Below the pieces are notes generated by a model. It saw only the letters and a program-made list of their open reading frames with translations. It was not told the origin of the DNA and ran no database searches. A DNA stretch of 63,710 nt, the filler included, from Asterionella formosa (lineage: Eukaryota): assembly GCA_002256025.1 (NCBI GenBank). It is 22 parts of 22 records of this genome, joined end to end, with 100 filler letters (N's around TTAATTAATTAA, not from the genome) between each part and the next. Parts side by side here need not be neighbours in the genome. Positions count along the whole stretch, not along the records: positions 58,705 to 59,881 come from NKIB01003876.1; positions 59,982 to 61,158 come from NKIB01003877.1; positions 61,259 to 62,434 come from NKIB01003880.1; positions 62,535 to 63,710 come from NKIB01003881.1; 18 more parts are not named here. One strand, given 5' to 3'. The position numbers and the translations under genes are program-made. Position 1 is the first letter of the stretch. Each line of letters begins with the position of its first letter. Of the stretch, positions 58,705 to 63,710 are shown piece after piece.

Positions 58705-59881
58705 AGGGTCGTTCTTATCATTTTTTTTCGTGTATCACGGAATTTGAATTTTTTTGAAAATGTATCAGCAACGGTAACTCGATTTGAACTGAATTTCATT
58801 CATTCCAAAAGTGTCACTGTATCACTAATTTGTGATCACATTGTATCATGGAGTAAAATGAATCTTCAACGGCAACAGGCTGGCGAAGATCATGTGTATA
58901 TCCCTCCAGAATATAATGATGGTCTTGATATCAAGCAACAACAAAATATAATTACCGGGAAACTAAATATAATATTAAAAACACACATTTGCATGAATCA
59001 TGTCGTCGCCATTTGATTTACTTGATGATAATGACGATGACAGTAGTGATCTTGATTTCTTCTTCCTCTGTCATTTAACTAAGGAAGCAGAGGAAAAAGA
59101 ACACTCATCCAAACGACAAAGGCGACGCTGTAAACGGCAGCTTCAGTCATCTGAACGACGACGACAACGAAGGCACAAGTGGCACCACGAAAGAATCTCC
59201 TGGCAATCACATGTCGAGAAACTCAATCACGAGATTGCTTTCGAGAAGACATACAGAATGTCACACAGAGCATTCAAAAAACTCACCTCCATGCTGGAAA
59301 TTCAGATTGCAGGGAATTATTCCAAATGTGGCACTTCTGAGCCCATAATTCCCGAAATTGTGGTAGCCATTGGTTTGCGATGGCTGGCTGGTGGCAGTTA
59401 CATCGACATTCGTCATGCCTACGGTTGTAGCATTGCTTCACTTTATCGATGTCGTGATTTGTTCATTGATGCTGTACTAAACTGTGAAGAACTCGAAATT
59501 ATTTTTCCAAAAGAAAAAGAAGAATTTATCAAATTGGCTTCCAGCTTTGAATGCAAAAGCTCAGAGGGCATGATGAGAGGATGTGTTGGTGCTATTGACG
59601 GCTTCCTTGCCACCATCAACCGCCCGACTATAGTTGAAAGTGGCAACAACCCTGGTTCATTTTTTTCCGGTCACTACATGACTTATGGAATCAATGTCCA
59701 GGCTGTTTGTGATGCTGACTCAAGATTTATTTATTTTGGTGTGATTGCACCGGGAAAATGCAGTGACCAAGTAGCTTTTGAAAAAACTTCCATTTTCGAT
59801 CAAGTTGCAGCATTCAACACAGGTTTTTATCTGGTCGGCGATGCAGCTTACACATTGTCTGATGTAATGCTTGTTCCCTTT
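58705..59881 (+). mobile_element. PIF/Harbinger transposase (DDE_Tnp_4); ORF starts at 59000, 3' truncated
   Basis: FEKTYRMS, LRWLAGGSY, GCVGAIDG, INVQAVCD..SRF, PGKCSD, LVGDAAY. Confidence 0.93.
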
Positions 59882-59981
59882 NNNNNNNNNNNNNNNNNNN
59901 NNNNNNNNNNNNNNNNNNNNNNNNNTTAATTAATTAANNNNNNNNNNNNNNNNNNNNNNNNNNNNNNNNNNNNNNNNNNNN

Positions 59982-60335
59982 TATGCCAGAACATATGGTG
60001 TTCTGTCGCTCGCTTATTACTCCGACTATTGGTTTTTAGTTTTACGATCATACAATCCTAGAACTATGATGATTTATTGTCCCACGGTAGCTAGTAGCAA
60101 CAGTCCTGAATATATGGTATTCCATTGGTTTTTAGTTTTACGATCATACGATCCTAAAATTATGATGATTTACTGTCCCACTGCAGTAGCAACAGTCATG
60201 AACATTTGGTGTTCTTTTGGATCATAATTTTACGATCATACAATCCTAAAACTATGATGATTTACTGTCCCACTGCAGTAGCAACAGTCCTGAACATGTG
60301 GTGTTCTGTTGCTAGTTTACCGGTACTACTCCGAC
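59982..60335. repeat. Three-unit ~91-97 bp minisatellite
   Basis: ttttacgatcatacaatccta...tatgatgattta.tgtccca...agtagcaacagtc.tgaa occurs three times. Confidence 0.9.
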
Positions 60336-61258
60336 TACCCCCAGTATATCACTTACTACCTGCTACTGGTACCCTGTATGTATAAATGATACATTGTTAT
60401 TGTCATATGATGTACCGGTACACATGAAGAGCTCCCGCCCAAAAAAAGGGGCATTTGAACGGTCTAAATAATTAGTTTCAACGGACGTAGAAAATATCGA
60501 TGCAAACAAATTTCAGAGATAATACCGGTACATGTAGTTGTGGAAAACAATGGACATATAGTGCATTGAGTATTTTCGAATTATGTATATGCGAGTATGA
60601 TCATCTCAACCATATCAGATGTTCCATATCGAGAGCGCCTTTGAATTTTATAAATGTCCAACGCTATATATATATATATATTTACAAATTTTATTAGTAT
60701 ATTCATGGCCAGTATATTTTTCAAATCGTTCTGTCATGTTAACAAACAATGCCTGCTGCTTCATGAAAAGATACGTCGTAGTAAAGCACATGACAAGAAA
60801 AGAAATTTTTTGCAATACATAACGAAAAACATTGTGACTTCGACACATTGCGCCTTCGAAGGATGGAGAATGTTTAAGGTAATGAAGCCATCAATGTGGT
60901 AGCTACTTGGATGACAATCGTTGGGAGACAGGCAGCACAACAACAAATTGTTAACTAAACGCAGCCACATTTCCTTTTTTCTCAGTTGATTAAACAGCTC
61001 GTTTCGCTTGTTAGGGAGCACCAATGTAAAACAAAACCAAACCAAATTGCGTAAGTGCTCTTGTCGCTCGTTGGACCTATTCACTTCTGTTGGAACAAAG
61101 CTGACAAAACGTTTACCTTCTCTCAAAGTTAAGATGACAAAAATGTACCGGTAAGTTTNNNNNNNNNNNNNNNNNNNNNNNNNNNNNNNNNNNNNNNNNN
61201 NNTTAATTAATTAANNNNNNNNNNNNNNNNNNNNNNNNNNNNNNNNNNNNNNNNNNNN

Positions 61259-61620
61259 CAAGCGCAGCTGCTAATTTACGATAAGTACTACGCTTGCGAT
61301 AAGGGATATCTGCAATCGCTGTAATCATTTCCTCACGATTATATTTGAGAGGACGCCCAGACAAGAATTTGCGGGAAGGCGATGCTAAAACGTCAGTATC
61401 ACCATTATAATAGGATTCGAGCGCGCGGTTCCTAATACGTTGTGTAGTTGTTTTATCAACTTTGAACCGGCCTGCCAAATATTTAACGGTTCCATGCACT
61501 AAAAGGAGCTGACCATCAATTTCGCTCATCGTCTCCATCAGGTCATTTTTGAGTTTCCGTAAACCATAATCCAAGACAAGTTGACGGTCTTCTGGTGTTA
61601 GATCCCTTCTCATATGGCAT
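61259..61620 (-). mobile_element. Tc1/mariner-superfamily transposase, N-terminal HTH region
   Basis: RRDLTPEDRQ, HGTVKYLAGRFKVDKTTTQRI, SGRPLKY, IPYRKRSTYRKLAAAL. Confidence 0.8.
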
Positions 61621-62029
61621 CTTGATTTTGCTCGAGAGGCGCAAAAGTGGAAATCGAACAAGCCCAAAAACATTTTTTTCAAATGTAGTTGCCAATTTTT
61701 ATTTTTCTATATATCTTATCAACATGATCCTATAGCTAAGGGCAAACCGCACAATAGAGCAATTGAGCCGGAGAAAATCATAGTAGTCTAAATGGTCCCT
61801 GAGAAATTTGAAAAATCAATGCAACCATTTTCCGACAGAGGGAGTACCAGGTACCATGGAACCTCGTTACCTGATTACGCAGACATGATACCTGTATGTA
61901 GAAGCTGGTCAAGGTACATGTACGAGTGGTACATCCTATGGTGCTTGATACCTGTTACCAGGTACTATCGCTAAATAGCGCCCGGTAAAAACGTGCGCAT
62001 ACCGGGTGAGTGAGTACCTGGTATATCTG

Positions 62030-62121
62030 CCAGTTGCGGTAAGTGTGCTTAAACTAGACTTTTCGCTTTCTTTATCCCATAATAAATTGTTTATTTAAGC
62101 TAAATGACCGCAACTTGCTGG
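62030..62121. mobile_element. MITE of the CAGCAAGTTGCGGT family (inverted relative to 13886-13970)
   Basis: cagttgcggt...accgcaacttgctgg ends. The internal aaattgtttatttaagctaaatg is the reverse complement of the other copies. Confidence 0.65.
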
Positions 62122-62377
62122 CACCTGTTACCTGGTACCAGGTACCAATACTTACCGCTCCTACCAGGTATTTTAGCCACCCGTATTTACTGGTATGATT
62201 GCATTCGAAGTACCGGTAGTATTCCCTGGTTCCAGGTTCCGCCCTGGAATGGCATACCGGTAATGGAGAAACTCTGGCATCAACAATGAGGAGAAAACAG
62301 CCAGGGTTTCATCGGGGCATAAAGGCTAACGCATGAATGCCAATTCATTTCTGTCCTCCTCAATTGCTGTCATCACC

Positions 62378-62434
62378 ATGTCCGCTGTCACATATGCGTT
62401 GTCAAGACGCGCTGTTCCCTTCCTTCGAAGCACT
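62378..62434 (+). CDS. Possible start of a mitochondrion-targeted protein
   Basis: CACC-ATG context. MSAVTYALSRRAVPFLRST is Arg/Ser/Ala-rich with no acidic residues. Cut by the contig end. Confidence 0.35.
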
Positions 62435-63710
62435 NNNNNNNNNNNNNNNNNNNNNNNNNNNNNNNNNNNNNNNNNNNNTTAATTAATTAANNNNNNNNNN
62501 NNNNNNNNNNNNNNNNNNNNNNNNNNNNNNNNNNTTGTTTAGCTATGAATGAGGTTGTAACACTGATTGATGCTCTGGTGACAGACCGGAAATATTCGTC
62601 TTGTGTGATGAGCCATTTCGTTTTCATTGGATTTCTTTTCAAGCTCTTAACGGATTGCATACAAACATACTGTGCACTGTAGATGATGATTCATCGAAGA
62701 AATATGATGACTTTAACGACAAATGAAGATTTTTTCACAAACAATTGTTCCTCTTGACATGGCTGTTTTGTCGTTGTTGCAAGAATCAGAGTGAGGACTG
62801 CAGAGGACAATAAACCAAACCATATTACTTTAGCTGGTAAATTATCCTACCAGGAAATGTAAATAAAGGAACCTAATAGAAATAATACATATAATAATTA
62901 AATATACATTGTCAAAAGGGTTACTATTTAAATTACAATGGCATTTATCAAAATTAATAGATGATATAACGAAAAAATTATGATCAGATGATCATAATCC
63001 TATGATGCATCATAGGAATATGATGGTTTTTCTTGCAGACGCAAGGATTCACTAATCAGCTCATATATTCAACAAATACAACTACTTCTATAGTTAGATA
63101 CTTCACCAGGTACCCTGAGCAGCATGAGTCCAGCCAGCATTCAAATGGTGGTATCATGATGGTATAATAGTTTTATTGGGTACCACCGGTTGCTATGTAT
63201 GATGCTAGCATGTCAATATTCAAATCCTAAGTGGCATACTTTAGTACAGTTCATTATTGATTGTTTTCATCACTTCGGCCGGAAAAGGAGAACAATTTTG
63301 AGTGTGGAGAAAATAAAACAAAGTAAGCAATACTTGCTTACTTTTGCTACAGACGTCCCCTCCATTTTGCCTCAGTCATTTTCATTTTTCAGCCATTCGC
63401 CCTCGATTTGACCTTTCCGCATTTAGATGGAAATAACTAGCTTAAAACCTTCTATGTCACTTATAATTCATGATAATATCGGTTCAACGAGAAATTTGAT
63501 GAAGTTCTTTATTTAGTTCTTAAACAGTCTGACCTGTGTCATGCATGTTTTCCATTTCAGCGAAATAACTGCAACTTGCTGGTAATGACTTTTGATGTGC
63601 ACCTTCATAGTTTCAGCTTGCTCCCGATTATTTGTTGCATGCCTGCCAGGTGAGATAGGTCCGCTTTCGATTTCAAATATTCCTTTAAGTAATTTAAGAA
63701 ATGTTTATCT

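Overview
Eukaryotic nuclear DNA, almost certainly a diatom. The evidence is short GT-AG introns, bipartite plastid-targeting presequences, a DUF6824-like domain, an AdoMetDC-aminopropyltransferase fusion and diatom-type transposons. The window is not one locus. It holds 22 contigs joined by 21 artificial 100-bp spacers (N-run/TTAATTAATTAA/N-run): twenty contigs of 1176-1179 bp plus two ~19-kb scaffolds (5117-24146 and 30640-49661). Neighbourhoods across spacers are therefore meaningless. Scaffold 1 is transposon-rich: a decayed LINE, mariner and pogo-like relics, MITEs, a tRNA-like/SINE head, an LRR pseudogene and an LTR. It also carries three intact genes (ARL1, a plastid CGFS glutaredoxin, MnSOD). 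Scaffold 2 is gene-dense: Shewanella-like phosphatase, DUF4787-like protein, single-pass membrane protein, sulfotransferase, tRNA-binding OB protein, PCID2, 4x fasciclin protein, ankyrin-PP2C, and a membrane-anchored pseudo-AdoMetDC/aminopropyltransferase (candidate long-chain polyamine enzyme). The small contigs hold Copia, Gypsy, Harbinger and mariner fragments, and gene fragments (G6PDH, GT31, SpoU methyltransferase, a possible N6-adenine methyltransferase). The most interesting signals are the catalytically dead AdoMetDC module fused to an intact aminopropyltransferase, GGTACC/ACCGGT/TACCAGGTA clusters upstream of most intact genes, a Cosmc-like GT31, a TTAA-flanked hairpin element nested in a MITE, and a tRNA-Ala-like SINE head. 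All family assignments come from motif recognition by eye, not from database searches.
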